Positions 42,434-53,783 of a stretch of DNA of 55,447 nt are shown here, in pieces. The stretch's first letter is position 1. The number at the start of each line of letters is the position of its first letter. Location: contig CAYIZS010000001.1 of NCBI GenBank assembly GCA_964367985.1, positions 1 through 55,447 of the forward strand. The letters run 5' to 3'. This stretch comes from an uncultured Candidatus Peribacteria bacterium. Lineage in GTDB: Bacteria; Patescibacteriota; Gracilibacteria; Absconditabacterales; Absconditicoccaceae. The translations under genes and the position numbers were made by a program. The notes beneath the pieces were generated by a model. That model saw nothing but the letters and a program-made list of their open reading frames with translations. It had not been told where the DNA came from and ran no database searches.

Positions 42434-43183
42434 ATGCGAGTACCAGTACTAATAGTTTTCATCATCCTCATATCTATGACACTTAGAATTGTCAATCAAT
42501 ATGAAAGGAAAGTCGTACTAACCTTTGGAAAGTTTACAGGAATCCTCACTCCTGGGATCAGAATCATCATCCCTGGAATCCAAAAAACCATCAATGTTGA
42601 TATCAGAGAAAAGGCAGTAGATGTACCGAGTCAAGAAGCGATGACCAGAGACAATATTTCCTGCACCATCAATGCAGTCATTTACTATAGGATCAAAGAA
42701 GATCAGGTAAATAGAGCTGTTTTGAATGTAAGGAACCTCGACTATGCGATGACACAGTTTGCACTCACTACCATGAGAAATATCGTCGGACAATTTGAAC
42801 TAGATGAACTTTTGGCTAAAAGAGAAGAAGCTGCCAAAAAGATCAAAGAAATTGTAGATGAAAAATCTGATACTCGAGGAGTAGATGTCCTCTCCGTAGA
42901 ACTCAAAGATATCAATATCCCAGATGAACTCAAAAGAACCATTGGGAAACAAGCAGAAGCAGAGAGAGAAAAAAGAGCAAAGATTATCACTTCTGAGGGA
43001 GAACTTGCTAGTGCAGAAAACCTCAAACACGCTGCAGAAATGCTTGCTTCATCTCCAGGTGCATTACACCTCAGGACTTTACAATCACTCAATGATATCA
43101 GCTCTGATCAGAGCAATACTACCGTTTGGATGATCCCTATCGAAATCCTTGATGCGATCAAGGGATTAGGTAACAAAAAATAG
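42434..43183 (+). CDS. SPFH/band-7 (stomatin-like) membrane protein
   Basis: 249-aa ORF with an N-terminal TM, then IVNQYERKVVLTFGKF...PGIRIIIP...VDIREKAVDVPSQEAMTRDN...AEAEREKRAKII. Confidence 0.85.
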   Translation: MRVPVLIVFIILISMTLRIVNQYERKVVLTFGKFTGILTPGIRIIIPGIQKTINVDIREKAVDVPSQEAMTRDNISCTINAVIYYRIKEDQVNRAVLNVRNLDYAMTQFALTTMRNIVGQFELDELLAKREEAAKKIKEIVDEKSDTRGVDVLSVELKDINIPDELKRTIGKQAEAEREKRAKIITSEGELASAENLKHAAEMLASSPGALHLRTLQSLNDISSDQSNTTVWMIPIEILDAIKGLGNKK

Positions 43184-43226
43184 AAACGATTCAAAACAAA
43201 CATTCAAAAAAGCTCACATGAGTTAA

Positions 43227-44957
43227 CTATTTTTTCTTTAGTTCTTCTAAGAGTAGTTCTGAATGTCTATTCCTGATTGACTTAATATGTTCAATACGTA
43301 GTTGTTCTAACTGAGAAAGGTCCGTATTGATCTGTTCTAATATTTCAGAACTATGCAAAGATCCTAAATCCAAAGAAAGTGCAACATAATCCGCACCCCT
43401 CTCATAAAGCTCCAATGCTTCCTGATTTTTATTTGCACCAACAATAAATAAAATCTGATAAGCTCTTTTTTTGATCGCATCGAGGATGGTGAGATTGTCC
43501 GAAAAATGTCTACTTCCAGAGACAACAACCTGAATTCCATCTAGGTCTAATTCATCAAAAAAATTAGGATTGGTGATATCTCCATAGCTACTAGCTATAT
43601 TTTTACTATTGAGATACTCTACGACATAAGGATTTCGGTCAATCACCAAAGGATTGTTTCCAGAAGCGACAAAATCATCCCTAAAAATTTTTCCCATCCC
43701 AGAATAACCCAAAATCAGGACATCATATTTATCTTCTGATGCTTGTAAAGATTCTGGCTGATAAGGGAAAATCTTCCCTGGCAATCGGCTAAAATATTTT
43801 CATACTTTGAGATACATCCACTCTCCGTATTTGATCGCATAACCTGAAAGCGCAATCGTAAAAAGTGCAATAAAAGTCAGAGTTCCTAATAGATTTGGAT
43901 CTTTGATAAAACCATTGGAAATTCCAAAAAGTACAGCAATAAAAGAAAACTCACTAATATGGCTAAAACAAAGTCCTGAGAGAAAAGAATTTTTCTTATT
44001 GGATCATTGGAATCCTAGGATCAGCATTACAATCAAGGGTTTGACCAAAAGAACAAATAATGCAAAATACATCAGATAATTTTTTTGGATTTGGGTATCT
44101 GGACCGATATTTGCTCCAAGTAAAACAAAAAAGATTACAATGAAAAAATCTTTGATTGATTTGATCTTGGCGATTACCTCATTTTTGTAGGCAGAATTTG
44201 CCAAAACCATCCCTGCTAAAAGACAACCAATCTCCATTCAAAAACCTAAATATTCAAAAATTGCTCCATAGATAAAACACCATCCTAGAGCAAAAAGCAT
44301 TAGAAATTCTTGAGATTTTGCGATGGTTTTGATAATTTTGGGGATCAAGTGTTTAAAAGAAAATCGCACCAGTACAACCACAATTCCTACTTTTAATCAG
44401 AGAATACCGATAACCTCTCCTAAACTCCCCTCACCCATTCACTGGAAACTGAGGATTACTATCAATGCAAGCATAATCAAGGTATCCTGAGAGATAGAAA
44501 TACCGAGTGCATTCTCCGCAAAAATTGAGGTAGCCATCCCTTTTTTTTCTTCAAAAACTTTAAGCATCACAATCGTACTACTCGATGCCAAAGCTATTGC
44601 CAAAATCCCTGCAGTTGCCAAATCCATTCACAATAATTTTCACAGAACAAATGCTCCCAATGCAGTAAAGATCACTTGCAATACTCCCCCTATCAAATTT
44701 TTTTTACCTGCTTTCTGAATCGCTTCTGGACTAATACCTAAACCGGTAATAAAGAGCAAAAGTCCTATTCCAAAAGAAGAGAAAGTCTGCAAATCCTGAG
44801 ATTCTCCGAGCAAAAGATCTGGAAACAAAAAACTGATCAATACTCCTGCTAGAAGATAAGCAATGAGACTGGGTTGTTTAAATTTATTCCCTAATGCCAA
44901 AAGAAGCAACGCTACCGTCATAATCAAGGCTATAATCGCAAAAGAAGATAATTGCAT
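43227..44957 (-). CDS. monovalent cation:proton antiporter (CPA2/Kef-type) with C-terminal RCK/TrkA-N domain (576 aa)
   Basis: Track fragments 43227..43784, 44004..44237, 44439..44627 and 44640..44957 are in one frame. The gaps were walked and contain only TGA (at least 7: 43800, 44004, 44238, 44397, 44439, 44628, 44640). Rossmann-type YDVLILGYSGMGK in the C-terminal domain. Confidence 0.8.
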
Positions 44958-45157
44958 TCTAGAAAAAAATTTAAATCAAACTAAAACAAAAGCTCTTATT
45001 AGTATAATCAAAATCCCCTTTTTTGACAAAAATATCTCTAATAATGAGTGAAAAAACCTTGCATTTTATCAGATTTATTGTTTTTTATAAAAATGGATTT
45101 GCAAACTCTAGATAATTGATTACACTACAAGTCATTTTATTGTTCTCCTTTTAAAGT

Positions 45158-45637
45158 ATGCAAGAGATCCTCATCTGCTCTCTAGATGAAGTAAATATCC
45201 CTCAAAAATATAGTGCTGAAGCTGTAGGGCGAGATCTCAAGAATGCAGAATCCTGCAATATCGCAGCAGGAGAGATCAAACTGATTTCATCAGGAGTAAA
45301 AATATTCCTTCCACTTGGGCGATCTGCTCGCATTGTTGCTAGAAGTGGTTTGCCGATAAAAACAGGATTATTACTAGCCAATAGTATTGGGATCATTGAT
45401 AGTGACTATAGAGGAGAATATCTGATGCAACTCTACAATCCTAGCAAAGAACAAATAGAAATTCCAGCAGGGACCAGGCTTTGTCAGATTTTTTTTGAAC
45501 CCAACTGGGCACAAATCCAATATCCTATCAGCTTTCCTCAGATCAAAACCTTGGTAGATAAGGAAATGTATCAAAATTTTGAGCAGCACTATCCTAGTCA
45601 GAGAGGAAGTTGAGGATTTGGATCTAGCTGAGATTAG
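45158..45637 (+). CDS. dut: dUTP diphosphatase (159 aa)
   Basis: Motifs RSGL, IGIIDSDYRGE and RLCQI. The C-terminal motif 5 is restored only under table 25: RGS[G]GFGSS[G]D (TGA at 45611 and 45629). TAG at 45635-45637. Confidence 0.85.
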
Positions 45638-45668
45638 CTAACATTTTATCAATAATATCTTAACAATC

Positions 45669-46433
45669 ATGAACGAACGAATTAAATCTCCAAAAAGTAT
45701 TGCAAATATCAGAGAATCTGGGAAATATCTGACAGAACTTTTGCATTTTTTACAAAATTCTACTAAAGCTGGGATGGATTTGATCAGCATCGAAGCATTA
45801 GCTGAAGATCGAATCAATAAACGCCATCTCAAAGGAGCTTTTAAAGAATATAACGGATTTCCTGCAAATCTTTGTCTCTCAGTAAATGATTGTGTGGTAC
45901 ACGGAATCCCAGACCGCACTATCCTCAAAAACGGTGATCTTCTCAAAATTGATGCTGGACTGATTTATCAGGGAGGATTTTCTGATGCGGCGATCAGTCT
46001 TATCGTGGGAAATGAAAGCCATAATCCAGCAGGACAAGCACTCATTGAAAGCACCAAAGCTTCCCTAGATCGTGGAGTAGAAAGCATCAAAACTGGAGGA
46101 ACTGCTTACGAATTTGCAAAAGCCGTTTATGATCAGGTCAAGGGAGATGGTTTTGAAATTATTAGAACTCTGAGTGGGCATGGAGTTGGAAATGCAGTCC
46201 ATGAAGAACCTCATATTCACAACTATCCCCATGCTCCCATGAAAAAAATCAAATGGTTACCGTGAATGGTTGTAGCACTTGAGCCAATCACAGCGATCAA
46301 GTCTGATGATGTGGTCTATAGAGAACACAACGACTGGAATCTTTACTGTAGAAAAGTAGATCTTGGTGCTCAATGGGAATATACGGTCCTCATCTGAGAA
46401 CAGGGTCCAGAAATCTTGGCAGGAATACAATAA
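45669..46433 (+). CDS. map: methionine aminopeptidase type I (254 aa)
   Basis: Track ORF 45669..46265 continues through TGA at 46263 (LP[G]MVVALEP) and 46395 to TAA 46431-46433. Metal-ligand context present: D..KID, GHGVG, ALEP, EYTV. Confidence 0.85.
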
Positions 46434-46494
46434 TACCAAGCTATAACTAGCTGTTGTAAATAACCATTCAACTGGAACGACAAAGAGATAGCAA

Positions 46495-48192
46495 TTAATA
46501 ACCCAAAAGTTTCATTTTCTGAGGAGCTGTTGGGACAAAAAGATCAAACCACCTTGGAGCAGATACTACAAGAAAATCACCTCCATGATTTAAAGTAGCA
46601 ATACTACGATCTTTGAGATAAAATTGATAATTTCTAGCAAACTGTTCTTGAAAGTTTTCTTGTTCATTAGTAGGGATTTTTAAGGATTTAATCCCATTGA
46701 AAACAAAATCACCTGCTCAATTGATCAGCTTGAGAGGGAAATAAAACTGCGTTTTGTCTGGAGAAAAGAAACTCAGATCTACAAACTCTGCTAAACTATA
46801 AGCAAGCTGTCCAGGATAATAGGCAGTATTTTTTATTGTTTTTTCTAAAGGTTTTTTTGCACAGGCATTTTCAGCACAAGTAGCCAAGTTTGGAAGTGCT
46901 ATCAAGACTTTTTTGAAATAAAGACGGTTATTCTTTTCCCCAATAGTCAAAAAAGTTAAATTATCACTATCCGAAGTTAATGGATACCAAAGTTGCTCTT
47001 CTGGATCATAAGAGACAGTACCTAATGCAAGCATATTTCCTCCATGATTAGTTCGCAAAGAAATACGATCTTCTTGGACTAGATAAAGCCGCTTTTTATC
47101 AAAAAAATACTTTCATTCTCCTGGATCTTGTAAATTATTGAACAAGGCAAACTGTTCATCTATTTTGAGTAATTTGCTAGTCCCCGTATACACTAAAGCA
47201 AGGAGTTTTTGAGAAGTTAAATTTTGAGCTTCATCAGGAGACAAGAGAGTTCCTAAAGTCTGATAAGATTTCATATATTTAATGACAGGTTCTAGTACAA
47301 ACTGATCCAAAACCATGATTTTTTCTTGCTCTTGATCTAAATGATAGAATCCATACATAAACTTGTCCTCAAAAATCAGTTTTTCAACATTTCCAAAAAA
47401 ACTTGCTACTTGTGATCCTTGATTGAGAGCCTTGAGGTCTATGGTTATCACAGAGATAAAACTCGCACCTAGACTATCAAGATTTTGATCAGGAAACTTT
47501 ACCATTCTACAGTCAATTTCTTGTTCTTTTGCTGTGATTTTGAGAAAATCTCTATCTTCCAAAAAATGAGGGATCAATTCATTTACTCTTTGCTTCCCAG
47601 CTTTATATTCCTCTATTTCTCAAGGAGAATAAGTTCTTTGGGTAGCAAAATAAAATTTATTTTGGATAATCTTGCTGTCCAATAAAGCTCACTGAATCTG
47701 AAAATATTTGACAGGAATAATTTTTTTATCATCTATACGATAGATCATCATCAAAGTTTTATCTTCATAATGGGCAGTAATAATAAGTAAATCTTCATAA
47801 CGATCTGTCTGAATCAGAGAAAATTTGGGAGAAAATCTGATCATCCCAAAAATTTCTGGAGTAGTGAGATTCATTACCGGATTGAGACTAGAATGAGGAC
47901 TTTTGACCAAAAGAATAGATCTTGCGGCTTTTTGATGGAGAGGCAAAAAATCTGTAGTCATAAAAGAATGAGCTTCTGAAGAAACCACTCTAGCCAAAGA
48001 ATCAGATTTTTTTGAGCTAAGAGAAGTCTCTAAATTATGTAATGGAAGGTTTTCTAAGATTTTTCCAATTTGATTACAAGAACTGAAACTTTCCCAAGAA
48101 TCTTCTTGATATGAATTATTTGCTGCAAGAACTGAAGCATTCAACAAAAAAAATACGAAGATAAAGACTAAGTTTAACAGATTTCTCAACAT
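46495..48192 (-). CDS. hypothetical secreted protein (565 aa)
   Basis: Track fragments 46717..47058, 47113..47577 and 47689..48192 are in one frame joined by TGA. The gaps were walked without TAA/TAG. Signal peptide LVFIFVFFLLNASVLAANN. TAA at 46495-46497. Confidence 0.6.
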
Positions 48193-48466
48193 GCTATAAC
48201 ATATAAATTGGGTAAAATTTGACTAAAATCAAAGCAAAGTATTTCTCCCATTGAGGGAATAAAACTATTATAGTCTTTTTTTTATTTTTTACAAATTTTT
48301 GGACTTTAAGTTTTGTAAACAGACTTAACATATTTCATAAAACAATAACATCAGAAAAAAATCCAAGAATTAGCCCAGAAGTCAACAAAAACTTGAAAAG
48401 AGTCGACAGATCAGTATCTTCTGTCTAGATCCATCTAACTATGGGAGTTTTTATTTTTACAATAAG

Positions 48467-48859
48467 ATGCTTAGATTGTTCAAAGACTTTGCTCGATCTA
48501 TTATTATCAATGCAGTTATCCTGTGGGTACTAGACTATTATCAGTTTGGGATTTCCATCCAACTAGCATCCTCAGAAACGATACAAATCGTCACCAGTTT
48601 TTTGGTTTTAGGGTTTATTTTTTGGGTTTTCAATTTCTTGATCAAAAAGATTTTCAAAGTTGTGACTTTTCCACTTAGGATTCTAACTCTGGGATTGATC
48701 AGTGTTTTGATCAATGTTGGGATTCTCTATGCCTTCGCTCGATTTGTCAATCATAACTTCCCTGAGTTTAATATCCAGCTTGTAGGATTTTATCAAACGC
48801 TAATCCTCTCAGTAACTATTTCTCTAGCATATTATTTACTTTCTAAAATACTCAAATAA
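48467..48859 (+). CDS. DUF360 / phage-holin-4-like membrane protein
   Basis: 130-aa, 4-TM ORF. IINAVILWVLDYY...FPLRILTLGLISVLINVGILYAF matches the family's LTLGLF.L.iNa core. Confidence 0.6.
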   Translation: MLRLFKDFARSIIINAVILWVLDYYQFGISIQLASSETIQIVTSFLVLGFIFWVFNFLIKKIFKVVTFPLRILTLGLISVLINVGILYAFARFVNHNFPEFNIQLVGFYQTLILSVTISLAYYLLSKILK

Positions 48860-49119
48860 TGAGACCAGCTTCACTGTCCTATCTCATCGGACTAGTTATC
48901 TTTGGATTACTCGGAGCGATTCCTTTTTTCCAAAATCTCGGTGGAGATACTACTGCCCTCCTTCGAGGAGCAAAAATTTCTGTCACCAAACTTTACCTCT
49001 ACACCAGCTTTATGGGGATGGTCCAAGGAGCATTTCTTGTCCTCTTTCTCAAATCTTTCCTCCTCAATCTCAAAAGAACTAAACTAGAAAAATTTGATCT
49101 TTGAAATTATGAAGATTAA
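48859..49119 (+). CDS. small hypothetical membrane protein (86 aa)
   Basis: ATG overlaps the previous stop (TAATG). Two TM helices. The track stop at 49102 is TGA, so the frame runs to TAA 49117-49119. Confidence 0.45.
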
Positions 49120-49179
49120 TAAAACAAACCCATAAAAATCTGATTTTTCTTTTATTTTAACTATAAAAATTCTACCATC

Positions 49180-49800
49180 ATGTCAAAAGATTATATCATC
49201 AGCAGAGATAAAGCGGCCAGTGTCCTAAATGTTTCAACTAGAACGATCGATAGATATATCAAAGCAGGTAAACTATCCTATAGGAAAGTAGCAAACAAAG
49301 TCCTCCTTTCTAAAGCTGAAATCCAAGAACTTCAGCAAGAATATTCTGTCCTCCATGAAAAAATTTCTACCGAATTTCTCAAAGAAGAAAACAATGATAC
49401 ACTGACCAACAATGCCCCAAATTTCAATGGGAATAATCAAAACTTGCTAGTGAGAGCTGATATCGAAAAAGCTATCGACGAAAAAATCGAAAAATTTTTC
49501 CTGGTATTCAAAGAAAAGGATAAAATGCTCGAAGAAAAAAATACCATCATCTTTGCACTCCAGCAGAGAATCGCAGAACTAGAAGTCAAAATCCAAAATA
49601 TGATCGCACTCCCCGACTATAGCAAAGAAAAACAAGAAGCATTATTGGAAAAAAAGAAACTCGAAGAAAGAATCTCTAGTCTCAAAGAAACCGTGAGAAA
49701 TGAAAAAATCAAAAATTTTATCCTCATCCTTTTTTCCCTGGTTTTTATCGGGATTGCACTATTTCTCCTCGTAAAATACAACATCATCGCTCAAAAATAG
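49180..49800 (+). CDS. membrane-anchored HTH (excisionase/MerR-like HTH_17) protein with coiled coil
   Basis: 206-aa ORF. N-terminal ISRDKAASVLNVSTRTIDRYIKAGKLSYRKV, central heptads, C-terminal TM FILILFSLVFIGIALFLLV. Confidence 0.55.
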   Translation: MSKDYIISRDKAASVLNVSTRTIDRYIKAGKLSYRKVANKVLLSKAEIQELQQEYSVLHEKISTEFLKEENNDTLTNNAPNFNGNNQNLLVRADIEKAIDEKIEKFFLVFKEKDKMLEEKNTIIFALQQRIAELEVKIQNMIALPDYSKEKQEALLEKKKLEERISSLKETVRNEKIKNFILILFSLVFIGIALFLLVKYNIIAQK

Positions 49801-49866
49801 ACAAGTTTTCAATTTCTGAGCAAAGAGACTCCTCCCGCTATTTAGATCTACTATAACACAATAATT

Positions 49867-51312
49867 ATGAGACATAAATTCTGATTTTTCTTTTTGAGTA
49901 TTTTTTTATTATTAGGGATTTCCAGTACTCAAGCATACACCTTTGGTCTCAAATCTAGCGACAATAGTATAGAAAATATCTTGGCAATCGAAAAGGAATA
50001 CCGACTCTATCTCCCTCTAGTAGGATTTATCTATGATCCTCGAGATGGACAGGACGTAACTGCTGAGCTAGGGAAAATAGCTACCCAGCTAGGAAATCAA
50101 AGAATCTATCATCTCACCCTCTCCCCTGACAAGTACACAGCTGCAGAAGTCGCATCAGGAGCATTTGATCAGCAATATTTGAGCTTTTTTAGAGCGATCA
50201 AAGACTATAATCTCAAGGTCATTTTTAGAACGATGCATGAGATGAATGGAGGACGATATCCTCGATCCTCTGACCCAGAAAATTTCAAACAAGCCCGGAT
50301 CCATGTCTGGAATCTTGCTAGATCTCTCGGACTTGATCAGCATCAGATCCTTTTTGATTTTTCACTCAATCACTGGGATATGCCTACACTAGATCCCAGA
50401 CCCAATCAACAATCCTCTCTCATCACTTGTAAAGATCCTGCTACTTTACAAAAAGATCTTGAAAAACTAGAGAAAAAATCGACCCTCACTCCAGCAGAAA
50501 AAAAGCTTTTGGAAGAACAAAAAAAAGCGATAAAAAAACTGGAAAATTGTTTCCGTTTTGAAGATTATTATCCTGGAGATGAATATGTAGATCTGATAGG
50601 AGTCAGTTTTTATAACTGGGGAAAAGCAACTAGCCATAGACAGTGGATCGCTCCGGATAAAATTCTCAATGATCCAGACTGGAATACGCTAGATAGGATG
50701 AAAAAACTCGGGAAACCACTCTTTGTAGACGAAGTAGGGACAAGTGCTATTTACTACAGTGGAAACTATCTCCATGAAAAATCTCAGCAAGTTTTCCGCA
50801 CAGAAAAGGAGAGAAAAAACCAATGGTTGAGCCAGCTTGGAAAATTTTTATCACAAGAGCATTTTGTAGGAGCACTCTATTTTAATGTAGACTATACCCA
50901 TGGACTAAACTATGCACTCCTGGGAGAAGCAGACTGGGCAATTATCAATCTCCAGACACAAATATTTTATGAAGGATTTTGGGAACTCTATCAGGCTTCA
51001 AAAGCTGATTTTACCAGTCTTTTGAAACTCTTTGGGCTCGAAGAACTGCAGCTACAAGGAAAAAGCTATCTAGTGGCACAAGGGCTCAGTAGTCTCATCC
51101 AACAAATAGATACTCTCGTAAGTACAAAATTCCCAGAAGCAGAAAAAAAACTCAATCTCTATCAACAACTGGAGAAAAATTCAGGATTTCCTCTCACCTT
51201 TAGAAAAGCTCTCGGAGAACTCAAAGAGATCCTAGCTTATCAAATTTTGGTAGCGAAGGAGAACGTTTTTGAGAGTAGCGAAGAAATGCTAGAAACAGGG
51301 ATTGAAAAATAG
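49867..51312 (+). CDS. secreted glycoside hydrolase, GH26-like (481 aa)
   Basis: ATG 49867 with TGA 49882 inside the signal peptide (MRHKF[G]FFFLSIFLLLGISS). FRTMHEMNGG (GH26 acid/base context), YYPGDEYVDLIGVSFY, LFVDEVG (nucleophile context). Confidence 0.5.
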
Positions 51313-51401
51313 AGGGGAAAAAACAAGCTTGAAAAATACTCCTACATAAGTATAAAAAAAACTGAATATCATCTTTTATCTCATTTATTTGATACACTAC
51401 C

Positions 51402-51956
51402 ATGGTAAAAATCGATGCAGCAGAAGTAAAAAAAGGAACTGTTTTAGAAATGAATGGTCAGCTTTTTAGAGTATTAGACCTTTCTTTTATGCAGATGCAA
51501 CAAAGACAAGGAAGTTATACCTACAAGGTAAGGAATATCAACACTGGAGGGGTACAAAATATTACCGTAAAATCTGGAACTACACTAGATCAGGCAGATA
51601 TCCAGACCAATAATGCAGTCTACCTCTACAATTCTGGAGAGAGCTACTCTTTTATGGAAAATGATACGGGAGAAATCCACGATATTGACAAAGCAGAAAT
51701 CTCTGATATCACCGGATACCTCAAAGATAATCTCGATGTTTATATCCAAATCTACCAAGGGAATGTGATCAATGTCATCCTGCCTTCTACTATTAGTTAT
51801 ACTATTACCGATACCGTACCAGGAATCAAAGGCAATAGAGCCCAATCTGGAACCAAACCAGCTACTCTAGAAACCGGAATGGAAATCCAAGTACCTCTCC
51901 ACAAAGAAATCTGAGATATTGTAACAATCAATACCCTTACTAGTGGGGTGAGTTAG
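51402..51956 (+). CDS. efp: elongation factor P (184 aa) with a non-canonical modification loop
   Basis: Track ORF 51402..51914 continues through TGA 51912 (EI[G]DIVTINT..., the usual GD.I.VDT end) to TAG 51954-51956. Residues 31-35 read QMQQR where E. coli has KPGKG. Confidence 0.8.
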
Positions 51957-51981
51957 ATCTTTTTTTATTCACTTGCTTTAG

Positions 51982-52635
51982 ATGCTGACTCCCAAACTCC
52001 TCGCAAATATCAGTATTATCATGGCTATCATTGTGCTGATCCTCAGTATCGGAGTCATTATTTTTCCCAAAACATTTAGAGAATTTGATCTCAAACTCGT
52101 AGCCAACAATACCAACTCTGCATTCAAAGATCGTATCGCTTTCTGGATTGATCGTAGCATCAGCTGGAAACCAATCACGCTCCTCTATCTGGTATGGGGG
52201 GTCTTTTTGGTTATATTGGACAAAATTACTGCATTTGGAGTGATAGGGATCAGTATCCTCTCTGGATCTTTAGGATTCTGGGCAATCAAGCGTATTACCC
52301 AAAGGAAAAGACCTGCAGATGCTAGAGTCCATTACACAGACTATAGTTTTCCTAGTGGCCATACTACTACAGGAGTTATTATTTTATTGAGTTTTGCTTA
52401 TTTTCTCACACTCCTCATCGATCAAACTCTTTGGGCATGGATTTTTTATAGTTTAGCTCTCCTGGGAGGAGCTGTGGTCGGACGGAGTAGGCGATACCTC
52501 AAAGCGCATCGAGTCAGTGATGTAATAACTGCACGATTATTAGGAATCGGATTTTTTATCTTTTCTTATCTCCTGATCCTCTATTTTGGAGATGCGATCC
52601 TCGAGAGTGTAATGCAAGTATTTTTTAGTCTCTAA
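51982..52635 (+). CDS. PAP2-family phosphatase (undecaprenyl-diphosphatase/PgpB-like)
   Basis: 217-aa multi-TM ORF with the tripartite PAP2 motif KRITQRKRP ... PSGH ... SRRYLKAHRVSD. Confidence 0.8.
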   Translation: MLTPKLLANISIIMAIIVLILSIGVIIFPKTFREFDLKLVANNTNSAFKDRIAFWIDRSISWKPITLLYLVWGVFLVILDKITAFGVIGISILSGSLGFWAIKRITQRKRPADARVHYTDYSFPSGHTTTGVIILLSFAYFLTLLIDQTLWAWIFYSLALLGGAVVGRSRRYLKAHRVSDVITARLLGIGFFIFSYLLILYFGDAILESVMQVFFSL

Positions 52636-52647
52636 TAGGGTAAAAAA

Positions 52648-53736
52648 ATCACAAAAATCCGAGATACGATCATCATTTGAGCTGGAGCTAGTGGACTATT
52701 CTTTGCAGATCAATTAAAAGATCACAAATCCGTAGCCATTTTGGAAGCTAACGATGCTCCTGGAAAAAAACTCTTACTTTCTGGAGGAGGAAGATGTAAT
52801 TTTTCTAATGCAAAAATCGAGTTGGCTCAAGATTATCTCTGTGATGATCTAGATTTTTTGGAACAGACTTTTGCTCAATTTGATACGGCAGATTTTTTGG
52901 ATTATCTCAAGAGCTATGATATTGACTACAAGATAGAAGAGAACGGAAGACTCCTTCTAGCAAGTAATAAATCAAAGCAGTTATTGGAGCATTTCTTACA
53001 GCAGAGGGAAGATAAACAGATCCCAATCTACTACAATCATCCAGTAGAAAAAATAGAAAAATCTGGAGACTATCGACTCCTCCAAACTAATCAAGGGGAG
53101 TTTCTGAGCAAAAAAATCGTCATTGCGAGTGGTGGGAAAAGTTTTCCCGGGATCGGAGGATCAGATTTTGTCATTCGTTTTGCAAATCACTATCATATCA
53201 GCTATCAAAAACCCTACCCAGCACTTTGCGGGATCCAAACCCAGCCAAATCTAGGAGAAATAAGTGGAAGTAGTGTTATCGCTACCCTGCAACTCTGGGA
53301 TCAGGAACAGATAATTCATCAAGAGAAAGGGGCTGTGCTCTTTACCCATCGAGGGATTTCTGGACCCAGCGCTTTCAATCTCTCCCTCTGGATCAACTAC
53401 TATTATCCTCAGAATTTTGAACAACTTAGGATTCAACTCCATATCCCCGCTGATCAGGTCAGTAAAAGATTACTTTCTCATCTCGGAAAAAAGAAAAAAT
53501 CTGATCTCATCCTGGACTTCAATATCGATCAAATCAGAGGATTGGATCAAGCCAAAATTATGGCTGGAGGAATCTTGCTCCAAGAAGTCTATCCCAATTT
53601 TGAACTCAAAAAATTGCCCAATATATTTCTCATCTGAGAGGCCCTCAATGTCAACGGAAAAAGTGGCGGATTCAATCTCCAATGGTGTCGAAGCAGTGCT
53701 GCTGTCTGTGCAAGTGCGATGGAGGGAAGATGCTAA
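52648..53736 (+). CDS. HI0933/BaiN-like FAD-dependent flavoprotein; start codon unresolved
   Basis: Track ORF 52741..53637 is truncated at both ends. The frame is open from 52639 (after TAA TAG at 52633-52638) and reads ...ITKIRDTIII[G]AGASGLFF (TGA at 52678 is the first Gly of GxGxxG). The C-terminus runs through TGA 53635 ([G]EALNVNGKSGGFNLQW) to TAA 53734-53736. There is no ATG/GTG/TTG between 52639 and the Rossmann motif; only ATC at 52648 and 52657. Confidence 0.7.
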
Positions 53737-53783
53737 AGCATACATCATTTCCACCCGGGTGTGATACACAAATCCACCCCCTG

